Shown: positions 1 to 9,810 of the stretch, piece by piece | Layout of the letters: every line of letters starts with the position of its first letter | How positions within the stretch are numbered: position 1 is the first letter of the stretch | Origin: an uncultured bacterium | Lineage (GTDB): Bacteria; Zixibacteria; MSB-5A5; GN15; FEB-12 | Length of the DNA stretch: 23,957 nt | Assembly (NCBI GenBank): GCA_965372795.1 | Contig: CBDVDR010000029.1 | Coordinates: 1-23,957 of the forward strand | Reading direction: 5' to 3' | The notes under the pieces: model-generated | The model's input: only the letters and a program-made list of their open reading frames with translations | What the model was told of the DNA's origin: nothing | Databases searched by the model: none | Position numbers and translations under genes: made by a program

Positions 1-2
1 TT

Positions 3-980
3 CTGCATATTACCAATGAACCAATAGGTGAAAAAGGTGAAATAGTTTCAGGGCAAATTGATTCTGACCATCGCTGGAGAAATCGCCGGCAACATACTGC
101 CCAGCATATTTTGAGTTCAGCCTTTTATCATCTGTTTTCTATGAATACGGTTTCAGTTCACCTTGGACAGGAATATGGTGCAATTGAATTTGATACTAAA
201 ACTATTTCATCAGAACAGTTAGTTGAAGTTGAAAAGTATGCTAATGATATTGTTTTAAAAAATCTAAAAGTTGAAATACTATTCATTGACTCAGAAGAAC
301 TTGACAAAATTCCATTAAGAAGACCTACCGCCTTAAAAGGAAACATTAGGATCATCAAAATTGAAAATGTCGATCACTCTGCCTGTGGCGGAACCCATTG
401 TCTTGCTACCGGAGAAGTCGGACCGATTAAGTTTATTGATATGGAAAAAATACGCGGGCGAGTCATGATTAAATTTTTAAGCGGCAAACAAGCGATTGAA
501 GATTATGTCAATCGATTCGATGTTACTAAAAAATTAACCAAAAAACTAACCTGCAATTTATTCGATATTGAAGACAAGTTTGATAAAATAAACGATGAGA
601 TGAAATCACTCAAGAAAAATATAAATGCTCTTTCAAAAGAACTTCTTCCTATTAGAGCAAACGAACTTACCGATAAAGCTGAAGATATTGGTAATTATAA
701 AATTGTAATCTCAGAAGCTAACCTGTCCGACCCAAAAATCTTTAATCAACTTGCTAAGATGACAGCAGAAATAATAAAGGGTGTTGCAATCTTATCGCTT
801 GATAACCGAATCATAATTTGTGCATATGACGGTAGTGGTTTTAATGCCGGTGAATTTGCTAAGTTTTTAACTGATAAAACATCTTTAAAAGGCGGCGGTA
901 ACGAACACCAGGCGCAATTAGGCGGAAGTGAAAAAACGGATCTGCTAAAACTTAGAGCTTTATTTATAGAATTTATTTAA
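3..980 (+). CDS. Alanyl-tRNA editing protein (AlaX-like, with C-terminal DHHA1/C-Ala domain); 5' end lies outside the window
   Basis: The frame is open from nt 3 (LHITNEPIGEKGEIVSGQIDSDHRWRNRRQHTAQHILSSAF), so the track start at TTG 111 is internal. It has the Zn-editing motifs HTAQH (93-107) and CGGTH, a coiled-coil segment, and the DHHA1-type end KGGGNEHQAQLGG. Confidence 0.85.
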   Translation: MHITNEPIGEKGEIVSGQIDSDHRWRNRRQHTAQHILSSAFYHLFSMNTVSVHLGQEYGAIEFDTKTISSEQLVEVEKYANDIVLKNLKVEILFIDSEELDKIPLRRPTALKGNIRIIKIENVDHSACGGTHCLATGEVGPIKFIDMEKIRGRVMIKFLSGKQAIEDYVNRFDVTKKLTKKLTCNLFDIEDKFDKINDEMKSLKKNINALSKELLPIRANELTDKAEDIGNYKIVISEANLSDPKIFNQLAKMTAEIIKGVAILSLDNRIIICAYDGSGFNAGEFAKFLTDKTSLKGGGNEHQAQLGGSEKTDLLKLRALFIEFI

Positions 981-981
981 C

Positions 982-3900
982 ATGTTGAAATCAATCGGCC
1001 AAATTCTTTCTCTACTAATTATTCTTACCCAAGTTGCCTTCGGGATCGAGAGTGACAGCTTGCATCTTGAGCACGCTGACATCTTTGAAGTCCAAATTGT
1101 TAACGGTAGATTGATTACCTTTGTTAAGGGAGATGTTTTATTTATAACTGAAACAGGAACAATCAATTGCGACAGTGCCCGGTGGTCAAAAGGGAAGTCG
1201 GTTGTTCTTCTTGGCAATGTGATCATTGATGATGAAAAATACAAATTGGTCGGCGACTCTGTTTATTATAATATCTTGGGGGATGAAGGATTTGCTTATG
1301 GTAAACATGTTGAACTTTGGTCGTATGCCGACTCACTTTATGCAACCGGTTCAAATGCCTACTACAGCGAAAAAAAGCAATTCTTCTATATGAAAGACCG
1401 CCCGGTTTTTTATATAAACTATCCGGACAGTTCAGAAATGGTTGAGATCATAGCTGATGAACTCGAATATAACGCTGAGATGAAACGGGCTGAAGGCATT
1501 GGAGATGTTATAATTACTTCCAACGATTTTTCCAGCCGTTCGGGTTGTGCAATAATGAATCTGGAAAATAATGATCTCGATCTTTTTGAAGATCCCATTG
1601 CCAAAAGCGGAGAATCTGAAATTTCAGGAAAATTGATTTCAATAAGTTTTAATAATAAATTTCTGCACCAAATTGACGTTTTAGATTCTGCCAATGCCGA
1701 GATCAATCAACCAACCGATTCTCTGGAGACTGATTATGATAAATCAATCCTAAAGGGTAATCGTCTGCTTTTCGATTTTGCCGGGGGAATTCTCTATCGA
1801 ATAACCTGTTACGGACAGGCTTACTCCTGGTACTATCCGGCTTTAAAAGGGGGGACTGAGTTTCATGAAAATTCAGTTTCCGGCGATACGATAAAACTTG
1901 CCATATTTAATAAAAAACTTAGTACGGTCAGAATTAGTGGTGGTTCTGTCGGAAGATATATCACTGGAAAAAAGCCGACCCTTTCTACAATTCCTCAGGA
2001 TACGCTTGCTGAAATTACTGATACTACATTAACAGAAATTTCTTCCGCCTCAAAAATTGATACAATTGATTATAAAGCCAATATGATTGAGTATGATCTT
2101 TTAGATTCAACTATTCAAATGCAAAAAAACTCATGGGTAAAATCAGGTACAGTTTCTCTTGATGCTCATCATATTCTTTTTAAGACAAATGAAAAAATGG
2201 TTGAGGCATATTCTGCTGTCGTATCATCAGAGGCTGACACTTCAGATAGTCAAATGAATAAGATTCAACCAAACTCTATCCCGGTTGTTTTGCGGGATAA
2301 ATCTGAAGAAATTTATGGTGACTTTCTCGAATATTCAATCGAGTCAGCAAAGGGCCGAATTGTTCAATCAAAAACATCTTATGAAGAGGGCATCTATTAC
2401 GGCAGTAAACTTTTTCGGGAGCAGGAAGATATCTTTTACGTAGAAGATGGAAGATATACTACCTGTAATGCCGATGAACCACATTTTCAGTTTCGTTCTA
2501 AAAATATGAAACTGATCGAAAATGATAAACTAATTGCTCGTCCGGTTGTGTTCTATATCGAACGTCTCCCGGTTGCAATATTACCATTTTATATATTCCC
2601 TTTAAAGCGAGGTCGTCATTCCGGTATGTTACCTTTTAGTTTTGGCAAATTCCAAAGAGGAGACCGTTATGTTAAAGATGTTGGGTATTACTGGGCTGCT
2701 TCTGATTATATAGATTTTAAAAGTGCTTTTGATTATCACGAAAAAAATCAAACTATGATAATTAAAAGTCAGATGAATTTTAAGAAATTATATGTTCTGG
2801 ATGGCTATTTCAACGGGGAGTATGCCCGTGAAACCAAATATGAAGCATCAATTGCTGATGAAACAAGCAGTACCCGTTGGATTACAAAAGGGATTTACAA
2901 TCATAATATTACACCATCCTTTTCGATTAGAGCGTATGGTGATTTTCAGTCAGACAAATCATATTACACCGACTATTCACAGAATATCAATGATCGCCTT
3001 AACCGCCAGACAAAATCCAAATTAAATTTCTCTAAAAAATTTGGTAAAAACACAGCGATCTCAGGACAAATATCACACACGGTAAATCTCGATGATGAAT
3101 CACGTTCTAATTTATTGCCGTCATTAGGATTGTCACTCCCACCGGTTTGGATTTTTGGAAGTGGAACTCGAAACGAAGATGGCAAACTCGAACAAAAATG
3201 GTATAACAAAATGACATTTAGGTACACACCTAAAATAGAAAATTTTTCAAGCCGAATAACTCTCGATTCGCTGGATAGTTTTATTGATGGCTCCGGTACT
3301 GATATAACCGATACTTTATCTTATCGAAGCCGGAAAAAATATTCAAAAATTAGTCATAATCCGTCGATTAATCTGCCAACAGTTACTCTCTTAAAATATT
3401 TTCAGTTCAATCCAAATATTAAGTATTCCGAAACCTGGTTCAAAATTCATGAAACCGATCAATCAATCGATGCCGGTCTTGACGCCGAGACAACTTATCG
3501 AACATATCAATACAATGCTGGAATTTCATTAAAAACAAATCTTTATGGGACCTTATATCCCAATATTGGCGGTCTGTTAGGATTACGCCATGTTATCACT
3601 CCAAGTGTCGCCTATGGCTATTCTCCTGATATAAATAAACATCCGGATATAAGATCATTTGCAGGCGGGGGAGCCGGAAGTTCCAAACGATCATCAGTTA
3701 GCTTCTCAATTAAGCAGCTTTTCCAAGGGAAAGTTCTTAGTAATGAATTAGAGAAGAATCTTGATCTCTTATCTTTGAATTCAAGTTTTAGCTATAATTT
3801 TGAAGCCGATGAGAGACCGCTTTCTACAATGAGTACTTCGTTTCAGTCAGCTGTTCTGCGATTAATAAAATTTGACGGACGAATGACTCACAGTTTTTAC

Positions 3901-4419
3901 AATCCATTTACCGATGAACAACGTTTTCTTTCACCATATATTGAAAATTTCAATTTTAACGCTCGTATGACCCTTGCCGGGAGCAATTCAATTTTTGATG
4001 ATTTTGGTGTTCAGGAGGAAAATAAAAAGGATGATAGTCAAGATCGAAAAAAACGAATAAACAATAAGACTTCAAACTCACCTCAGGGAAGAGGCTGGAG
4101 TTTGTCTGCAAATTATTCCTATAGTGAAACTGGAAGAGCAGAACAATTTGTTAAACGTAATTTTTTACGGATAAGTTTCAGATTCAATCTAACCCCGTCA
4201 ACCTCGGTTTCATATTCACAGTCTTATAATATTCATGAAAAATTGACAGTAAATAATTCTGTAAATATAATTAAGAAAATCCATTGCTGGACCGGTTCAA
4301 TTTTCTGGGTTCCAATCGGTAGCAACCGTGGTTTCGGCTTCAAACTTTTTGTGACAGCTCTTCCGGAAATTAAACTGGACAGTTCACACGATAGTTTCCT
4401 TGAGTCAATCTCCAATTAA
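982..4419 (+). CDS. lptD: LPS-assembly protein LptD-like outer-membrane protein with long N-terminal OstA/LptA-like region
   Basis: Signal peptide; N-terminal beta-rich OstA-like segments (KGDVLF, LLGNVII, GDVIITS); LptD signature YTTC..PHF...KLIARPVVFYI..LPVAILPF...HSGML; C-terminal beta-barrel pattern ending IHCW...FGFKL. Confidence 0.8.
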   Translation: MLKSIGQILSLLIILTQVAFGIESDSLHLEHADIFEVQIVNGRLITFVKGDVLFITETGTINCDSARWSKGKSVVLLGNVIIDDEKYKLVGDSVYYNILGDEGFAYGKHVELWSYADSLYATGSNAYYSEKKQFFYMKDRPVFYINYPDSSEMVEIIADELEYNAEMKRAEGIGDVIITSNDFSSRSGCAIMNLENNDLDLFEDPIAKSGESEISGKLISISFNNKFLHQIDVLDSANAEINQPTDSLETDYDKSILKGNRLLFDFAGGILYRITCYGQAYSWYYPALKGGTEFHENSVSGDTIKLAIFNKKLSTVRISGGSVGRYITGKKPTLSTIPQDTLAEITDTTLTEISSASKIDTIDYKANMIEYDLLDSTIQMQKNSWVKSGTVSLDAHHILFKTNEKMVEAYSAVVSSEADTSDSQMNKIQPNSIPVVLRDKSEEIYGDFLEYSIESAKGRIVQSKTSYEEGIYYGSKLFREQEDIFYVEDGRYTTCNADEPHFQFRSKNMKLIENDKLIARPVVFYIERLPVAILPFYIFPLKRGRHSGMLPFSFGKFQRGDRYVKDVGYYWAASDYIDFKSAFDYHEKNQTMIIKSQMNFKKLYVLDGYFNGEYARETKYEASIADETSSTRWITKGIYNHNITPSFSIRAYGDFQSDKSYYTDYSQNINDRLNRQTKSKLNFSKKFGKNTAISGQISHTVNLDDESRSNLLPSLGLSLPPVWIFGSGTRNEDGKLEQKWYNKMTFRYTPKIENFSSRITLDSLDSFIDGSGTDITDTLSYRSRKKYSKISHNPSINLPTVTLLKYFQFNPNIKYSETWFKIHETDQSIDAGLDAETTYRTYQYNAGISLKTNLYGTLYPNIGGLLGLRHVITPSVAYGYSPDINKHPDIRSFAGGGAGSSKRSSVSFSIKQLFQGKVLSNELEKNLDLLSLNSSFSYNFEADERPLSTMSTSFQSAVLRLIKFDGRMTHSFYNPFTDEQRFLSPYIENFNFNARMTLAGSNSIFDDFGVQEENKKDDSQDRKKRINNKTSNSPQGRGWSLSANYSYSETGRAEQFVKRNFLRISFRFNLTPSTSVSYSQSYNIHEKLTVNNSVNIIKKIHCWTGSIFWVPIGSNRGFGFKLFVTALPEIKLDSSHDSFLESISN

Positions 4420-4421
4420 CA

Positions 4422-4448
4422 AAAAAAGCCTGAATTTAAGGCTTTTTT
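4422..4448. terminator. Intrinsic terminator after lptD (A-tract/T-tract flanked)
   Basis: AAAAAAGCCT-GAATTTA-AGGCTTTTTT is a perfect 10-bp inverted repeat starting 3 nt after the stop codon. Confidence 0.7.
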
Positions 4449-4458
4449 AAGGTTTTAG

Positions 4459-4488
4459 TTGACAATATTTTTCAAAAAAAGCTATGTT
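4459..4488 (+). promoter_or_regulatory. Putative sigma70 promoter for hup
   Basis: TTGACA (4459-4464), 18-nt spacer, TATGTT (4483-4488); lies between the terminator and the hup RBS. Confidence 0.55.
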
Positions 4489-4531
4489 CAGTCGTAATTA
4501 GAACTAACCTTAACCCATGGAGGGAGAACCA

Positions 4532-4810
4532 ATGACTAAGGACGAAATGATTGCCATAATGGCTGAAAATTCAGGGATCACCAAAAAACAAGCAAATGAA
4601 GCATTACAAACTTTTATGGGTAATGTTACCAGCCAATTAAAAAAAGGTGAAAAAGTCAGTTTCTCAGGATTCGGAACATTTTCTGTGTCAAATAGAAAAG
4701 CCCGTAAAGGTCGTAACCCCCAAACTGGAGCAGAAATAAATATTCCAGCTACTAAGGTTCCGGTTTTCAAAGCTGGGAAACATCTGAAAGAGGCTATTAA
4801 AAAGAAATAG
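4532..4810 (+). CDS. hup: DNA-binding protein HU
   Basis: MTKDEMIAIMA...GFGTFSVSNRKARKGRNPQTG...VPVFKAGK is the HU/IHF signature. The SD GGAGGGAG (4519-4526) supports ATG 4532 rather than the track start at 4517. Confidence 0.95.
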   Translation: MTKDEMIAIMAENSGITKKQANEALQTFMGNVTSQLKKGEKVSFSGFGTFSVSNRKARKGRNPQTGAEINIPATKVPVFKAGKHLKEAIKKK

Positions 4811-4828
4811 TAGGTTTAAATATCTGTT

Positions 4829-4856
4829 AAGGCAGGGATATGCCCTGCCTTTTTTT
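4829..4856 (+). terminator. Intrinsic terminator after hup
   Basis: AAGGCAGGG-ATATG-CCCTGCCTT followed by a T run. Confidence 0.9.
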
Positions 4857-4891
4857 AATTTTAAATAAGTAAGTAGAATAATTTAGTTTTT

Positions 4892-7210
4892 ATGGCAAAA
4901 AGAAAGAAAAGCAACAATAGCGATAAAAAGAAAAAGGCATTAGGAATTATTATTTTCTTTTTTGCTTTAGTGATTCTTGTTTCGCTGGTAACTCATAATC
5001 CTCTTGATGATTCCAGACTGACTGGGGAGGTTGACGAACATCTCAGTCCGTTTAAAATTCATTATCATAATCAAGCCGGTATGATTGGAGTCATTTTTGC
5101 CTTCTATTTATTAACAACTATTGGCTGGCTGGCATTCTTCTTACCACTTGGACTAATTGTTTTATCTCTTAGGATATTCTCTTCGGAAGTTGCCTCAGGG
5201 ATCGGTTTGAATAGCTTGTCTTTGTTTGTCATCTCTTTGCTAAGTACGATGATATATAACATCCATATCCTTGCCAAAAGATCATTGAACCTTGATCTCC
5301 CAACTGTAGGGGGATATGTTGCCAACAAATTGACATTTTTCTCAACAAAAATTATCGGCGAATTAGGTTCTTATATCGCTTTAAGCGGACTAATAGCTCT
5401 TACTATTGTATTAACTACATCAATTAATTTTAATTTTTCATTAAAATTATCAATCCCCGGCAAAAAATCATTTCAGAAAATATTCTCATTTATTTTTGGT
5501 GGATTGAAAACATTATTTTCATTTAAATGGCTGCCTTCTCTATTTGAAAGCGGCGAAGAAGATTTTGAAGAAGAAGAAGATTACGACGAAAAACCAGTTG
5601 AACGGAAAAAGAAAACTAAACTTAAATCTCTAAAACAACAATCATTTGAAGATTTTGACAAACCTCCAGTTAAAGAACCATCAATTGCCGAAGGACAACA
5701 TAAAACAAAAATTGTTAAACCTTCAAAACAACTTCATTTAGATTCTATAAATTATAGTTATCCTCCTATAGATATGCTGGCAGATAACCCAACCCCTGAA
5801 TCTTCAGTCAACAAAGATGAACTCGATTTTACGGCTCAAATGTTATTGGAAACCCTTGAAACTTTCGGGGTTCGAGTAGATGGACCTATAGAAAAATATC
5901 CCGGTCCGATAATTACGCGTTTTGAATTTAAACCGGCCAGTGGAGTAAAAGTTAATCAGATTATAAATTTAGCAGATGATCTTGCTCTGGCTTTAAAAGC
6001 TAAAAGAATTCGTATTATCGCACCAATCCCGGGCAAAGCGGCGGTAGGAATCGAAATTCCAAATAGAAATCCGCAAATGGTATACCTGAAGGATATCATA
6101 TCTTACAAGGGATTTCATGAGTCAAAGATGAAATTACCATTGGCGTTAGGGACTACAACATCTGGCACCCCGTTCATGACCGACCTCGCAAAATTACCTC
6201 ATCTGTTGGTCGCAGGTGCTACCGGATCAGGAAAATCTGTCTGTTTGAATGCTTTAATTACATCACTAATTTTCAGACTCCATCCATATCAGGTTAGATT
6301 TATTATGATAGACCCCAAAATGCTTGAGCTTTCTGTTTATAAAGGTATCCCGCATTTAGGTCGCCCGGTAGTAACAAACCCTAGACGGGCAGAAAAAGTA
6401 TTTGCTGATGCGGTTGCTGAAATGGAAAAACGGTATAAAAAACTTGCCAATGCTGCTGTCAGAAGTATCGAAGATTTCAATAATAAGCAGACTAACGAGG
6501 AAGATAAATTACCATATATCGTAATTTTTGTCGATGAACTGGCTGATTTAATGATGTCAACAAATTCGGCAAAAACAGAACTCTTAATAACCCGTCTAGC
6601 CCAAATGGCAAGAGCTGTTGGAATTCATTTGGTACTTGCAACCCAGCGTCCTTCGGTAGATGTTATCACCGGACTGATAAAAGCTAACTTCCCGGCAAGA
6701 ATCGCATTCCAGGTTTCTTCAAAAGTTGACTCACGGACAATTCTTGATGCCAATGGCGCTGAAAAACTATTAGGTAATGGTGATATGTTATTCTTAGCTC
6801 CCGGACAACCGGAAGCAGTTCGAATCCATGGAGCGTTTCTTGCTAATGAAGAGACCGAACATATTGTGGAGCATATAAATGCTCAGGGGCTTGAGATGAT
6901 GGCTCTTGAAGGTATCTCACAGCAAGTCGGTGAAGTCTCTGAAAAAGAAATTGATTTTGGAGATCCCCTGTTCAAAGAAGCCTGCGATGTTGTCGTTCGG
7001 CATAAACAAGGTTCAGTATCTTTGCTTCAAAGAAGATTAGGTATTGGCTATCAGCGTGCCGCACGATTAATTGATAAACTTGAACAGGCTGGGATCGTTT
7101 CCAACTTTGACGGCTCCAAAGCAAGAGAAGTGCTGGTTGATGAAGCCTATCTGCAAACATTGTTTAATCAAGCAAACGAGCCGGTTTCACCTGAGCAAAC
7201 ATCGAACTAA
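4892..7210 (+). CDS. ftsK: DNA translocase FtsK/SpoIIIE
   Basis: N-terminal TM helices, charged linker, Walker A GATGSGKS, IDPKMLEL, Walker B IFVDELADLM, ATQRPSVDVITG, gamma domain SVSLLQRRLGIGYQRAARLID. Confidence 0.97.
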   Translation: MAKRKKSNNSDKKKKALGIIIFFFALVILVSLVTHNPLDDSRLTGEVDEHLSPFKIHYHNQAGMIGVIFAFYLLTTIGWLAFFLPLGLIVLSLRIFSSEVASGIGLNSLSLFVISLLSTMIYNIHILAKRSLNLDLPTVGGYVANKLTFFSTKIIGELGSYIALSGLIALTIVLTTSINFNFSLKLSIPGKKSFQKIFSFIFGGLKTLFSFKWLPSLFESGEEDFEEEEDYDEKPVERKKKTKLKSLKQQSFEDFDKPPVKEPSIAEGQHKTKIVKPSKQLHLDSINYSYPPIDMLADNPTPESSVNKDELDFTAQMLLETLETFGVRVDGPIEKYPGPIITRFEFKPASGVKVNQIINLADDLALALKAKRIRIIAPIPGKAAVGIEIPNRNPQMVYLKDIISYKGFHESKMKLPLALGTTTSGTPFMTDLAKLPHLLVAGATGSGKSVCLNALITSLIFRLHPYQVRFIMIDPKMLELSVYKGIPHLGRPVVTNPRRAEKVFADAVAEMEKRYKKLANAAVRSIEDFNNKQTNEEDKLPYIVIFVDELADLMMSTNSAKTELLITRLAQMARAVGIHLVLATQRPSVDVITGLIKANFPARIAFQVSSKVDSRTILDANGAEKLLGNGDMLFLAPGQPEAVRIHGAFLANEETEHIVEHINAQGLEMMALEGISQQVGEVSEKEIDFGDPLFKEACDVVVRHKQGSVSLLQRRLGIGYQRAARLIDKLEQAGIVSNFDGSKAREVLVDEAYLQTLFNQANEPVSPEQTSN

Positions 7211-7238
7211 TCCTTCAGGATGTCGTATAAATACAGTT

Positions 7239-7838
7239 ATGAAAACAATTTATAAAAGTATTGTAATATTCATCATTTTGTCTGTTCAAATCAATGCCGG
7301 TAGTTTTAAAGCAATCAAAAATAAATTAGCGCAGGCTGAATGTGTTGAAATTGATTTTTTGACTATATTAGAATCGTCAATATTTGAATCGGTAGATTCA
7401 GCCGACGGAACCGCTTTGATTTCAAATAATGGAAACTACATTATTCATCTGGCCGATGATATTTATGCCAAAGATGAAAAATATATTTATAGTTATTCTC
7501 CTGAGACTGAACAGGTGTTAATGGAAAAGTATGACTCTGAAAATAGCAATATTGATGAAATAATATTTATTACTCAATTGGACAAATATTACCATACCAA
7601 AAATACAACAGACAAGAATAAATTTTTCCTTACAAAAAAAAATAATTATCGTGGAAATTTACCTGATTCTATGACGGTCTTAATAAATTCTGAATTAAAC
7701 TTATTGGAACAGATAAATTATTTTGATGTTAATGATGAATTGAACCGTATTGTTATAAATGAAATTATAACTAAAACTTGTAAAGAATCAGAACTAATAC
7801 CGGAATTTCCTGATTCAGCTGAAAGAGTAAAACTGTAA
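7239..7838 (+). CDS. lolA: Outer-membrane lipoprotein carrier LolA-like protein
   Basis: ATG 7239 gives a signal peptide (MKTIYKSIVIFIILSVQINA) and a 199-aa beta-rich protein with LolA-like segments (YIYSYSPETEQV, YFDVNDELNRI). ftsK-lolA adjacency is a well-known arrangement. The sequence is divergent, so the call leans on synteny. Confidence 0.65.
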   Translation: MKTIYKSIVIFIILSVQINAGSFKAIKNKLAQAECVEIDFLTILESSIFESVDSADGTALISNNGNYIIHLADDIYAKDEKYIYSYSPETEQVLMEKYDSENSNIDEIIFITQLDKYYHTKNTTDKNKFFLTKKNNYRGNLPDSMTVLINSELNLLEQINYFDVNDELNRIVINEIITKTCKESELIPEFPDSAERVKL

Positions 7839-7840
7839 GA

Positions 7841-9169
7841 ATGAAATTTTATATTCATAAACTGGGATGTCCCAAAAACGATGTTGATGCTGATTATATC
7901 GCAGCTAAATTGATAAGCGAGGGACATAATCCTGTCAAAGACCCTGAAAATGCTGACTCTATTATTGTCAACACTTGTGGATTTATTGAATCTGCAAAAG
8001 AAGAATCAATCAATGAAATTATAAGATTAGGATTGCTAAAAAAAGAAAACGGTTTAAAATCTTTTTATGCTGCCGGCTGTCTTACCCAAAGATACGGAGA
8101 CGAGCTTCTTAAAGAGCTTCCTGAACTTGATGGTGCTTTCGGGCTTGGTGCCTTGGATTCACTTGCTAAAGCTGTGAATGGCTCACAGAAATTGACTACT
8201 ACCGTTAAAATGGAATCAAGAAAACTCGGTTATCTTAGTTGGAAAAACAGATTTATTTCAGATAACTTGCCGTATGCATATATGAAAATATCAGATGGCT
8301 GTAACCGTACCTGTTCTTATTGTGCGATTCCAAGCATCCGCGGACAATACCGAAGTCGCCCCATTGATTCAATTATCCGGGAAGCCAATTTTTTAGCCGA
8401 AAACGGTAAAAAAGAACTGATCCTGGTTTCTCAGGAAGCCACTCTTTATGGCTGTGATTCTGATGTCGGGGGAGATGTGATCACTCTGTTACAGGAATTA
8501 GACAAAGTCGAAGGGATTGAGTGGATCAGGCTGATGTACCTTCATCCGGTTCAATTAAGCCAAAAACTGATTGAATATCTGGCCGCAGACAATAAGACCT
8601 TAAATTACTACGACCTCCCGCTTCAACATATAAATAATGAAATGTTGCATGCTATGAACCGGCAAGTGAAACGGGAAACCATCGAAAAACATCTCAAATC
8701 TATTAGAAAAACCAGTAATAATTCAACTCTCAGAACAACCTTTATTGTTGGTTTTCCGGGAGAAACAGACGATCATTTTCAGGAATTACTTAAATTTATA
8801 GGTGAATATGAATTCGACCGGATGGGTGTTTTCACATATTCCGCCGAAGAAGGCACATTAGCCGAAACAATGGGTGATCAAATCCCGGAAAAGGTCAAAA
8901 TACAGCGAATGGACGAACTCATGATGTTCCAGCAGGAGATTGCTTTTGAGAAAAATAACTCCTTGATAGGAAGTGTAAAAGAGGTTATTATTGACTCTTT
9001 AAAAGAGGATGGAACAGCAATCGGAAGAAGCCGTGATGATTGTCCTGAGATCGATCAGGAGATAATTGTCAGCGGTGAAAATCTTGAAATCGGCACTCTT
9101 TATAAAGTTGAAATTAGCGATACCGATGGATATGATCTGATTGCTTCTGTAACAGAAAAGAAATTATGA
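7841..9169 (+). CDS. rimO: Ribosomal protein S12 methylthiotransferase RimO
   Basis: LGCPKNDVD, NTCGFIESAKEES, GCLTQRY; radical SAM CNRTCSYC; LRTTFIVGFPGET; C-terminal TRAM region (GRS.DDCPEID). Confidence 0.95.
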   Translation: MKFYIHKLGCPKNDVDADYIAAKLISEGHNPVKDPENADSIIVNTCGFIESAKEESINEIIRLGLLKKENGLKSFYAAGCLTQRYGDELLKELPELDGAFGLGALDSLAKAVNGSQKLTTTVKMESRKLGYLSWKNRFISDNLPYAYMKISDGCNRTCSYCAIPSIRGQYRSRPIDSIIREANFLAENGKKELILVSQEATLYGCDSDVGGDVITLLQELDKVEGIEWIRLMYLHPVQLSQKLIEYLAADNKTLNYYDLPLQHINNEMLHAMNRQVKRETIEKHLKSIRKTSNNSTLRTTFIVGFPGETDDHFQELLKFIGEYEFDRMGVFTYSAEEGTLAETMGDQIPEKVKIQRMDELMMFQQEIAFEKNNSLIGSVKEVIIDSLKEDGTAIGRSRDDCPEIDQEIIVSGENLEIGTLYKVEISDTDGYDLIASVTEKKL

Positions 9170-9810
9170 TTCAGTTTGAAAAACTTGGTATTTTTCTATC
9201 GAAGCCGCTGGCATTTCTATTTGTGCTTATTTATCTGGTTCAATCAAGTTTGCTTATTTTTCTTATCAAAGATAAATTTGATCTGGAAAAACAGGTCACA
9301 TTTCAGCAAAAAAGAATCGACGAACTTGAAGAAAAACTTCAAATCTTCAAGGCAATTGATGATTTTCAAATAGGTTTCACTGAAAACGAAGTTCAAAGGC
9401 TGACTCATGTTATTTATGATGAAAGCAAAAAATATCATTATGACCCGATGTTTATTCTGGCTTTAATCTTAACTGAATCATCTTTTATACGAGGTCAAAA
9501 ATCATGGGCAGGAGCTCGTGGTTTAATGCAGTTGAAACCATTTATTGGCAAAGATGTTGCCCCGAAGGCAGGTGTCAACTGGGAAGGGCAGAGCACTCTC
9601 TTCGAGCCGGTATCAAATATAAAATTGGGGTCATACTTTTTATTTGAACAAATTCTGAAATTTGGTGACGTCAAAAAAGCTCTTCTTGCATATAATATGG
9701 GAGAGACAAGATTAAGAGGACTAATAAGAGGGAACAAACCGATTCCTTCAAATTACCTGAATAAGGTGATGAAAAATTATAAAATGCTTAAGGAGACCTA
9801 TACAGCCTGA
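9166..9810 (+). CDS. Membrane-anchored lytic transglycosylase (SLT domain)
   Basis: N-terminal TM helix and coiled coil, followed by SLT motifs TESSF, GARGLMQL and AYNMG; ATGA overlap with rimO. Confidence 0.9.
   Translation: MIQFEKLGIFLSKPLAFLFVLIYLVQSSLLIFLIKDKFDLEKQVTFQQKRIDELEEKLQIFKAIDDFQIGFTENEVQRLTHVIYDESKKYHYDPMFILALILTESSFIRGQKSWAGARGLMQLKPFIGKDVAPKAGVNWEGQSTLFEPVSNIKLGSYFLFEQILKFGDVKKALLAYNMGETRLRGLIRGNKPIPSNYLNKVMKNYKMLKETYTA

Noticed and set aside
4517..4531. ORF-track N-terminal extension MEGEP on HU
   Set aside because: This stretch contains the SD (GGAGGGAG); HU similarity begins at ATG 4532.
5555..5590. GAA-rich short tandem run in ftsK
   Set aside because: It encodes the acidic linker EEDFEEEEDYDE; in frame and imperfect, not a contingency locus or array.
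7071..7238. 56-codon upstream extension of the lolA ORF overlapping the ftsK 3' end
   Set aside because: It overlaps the conserved FtsK gamma domain, and the signal peptide starts at ATG 7239; probably just an open alternative frame.
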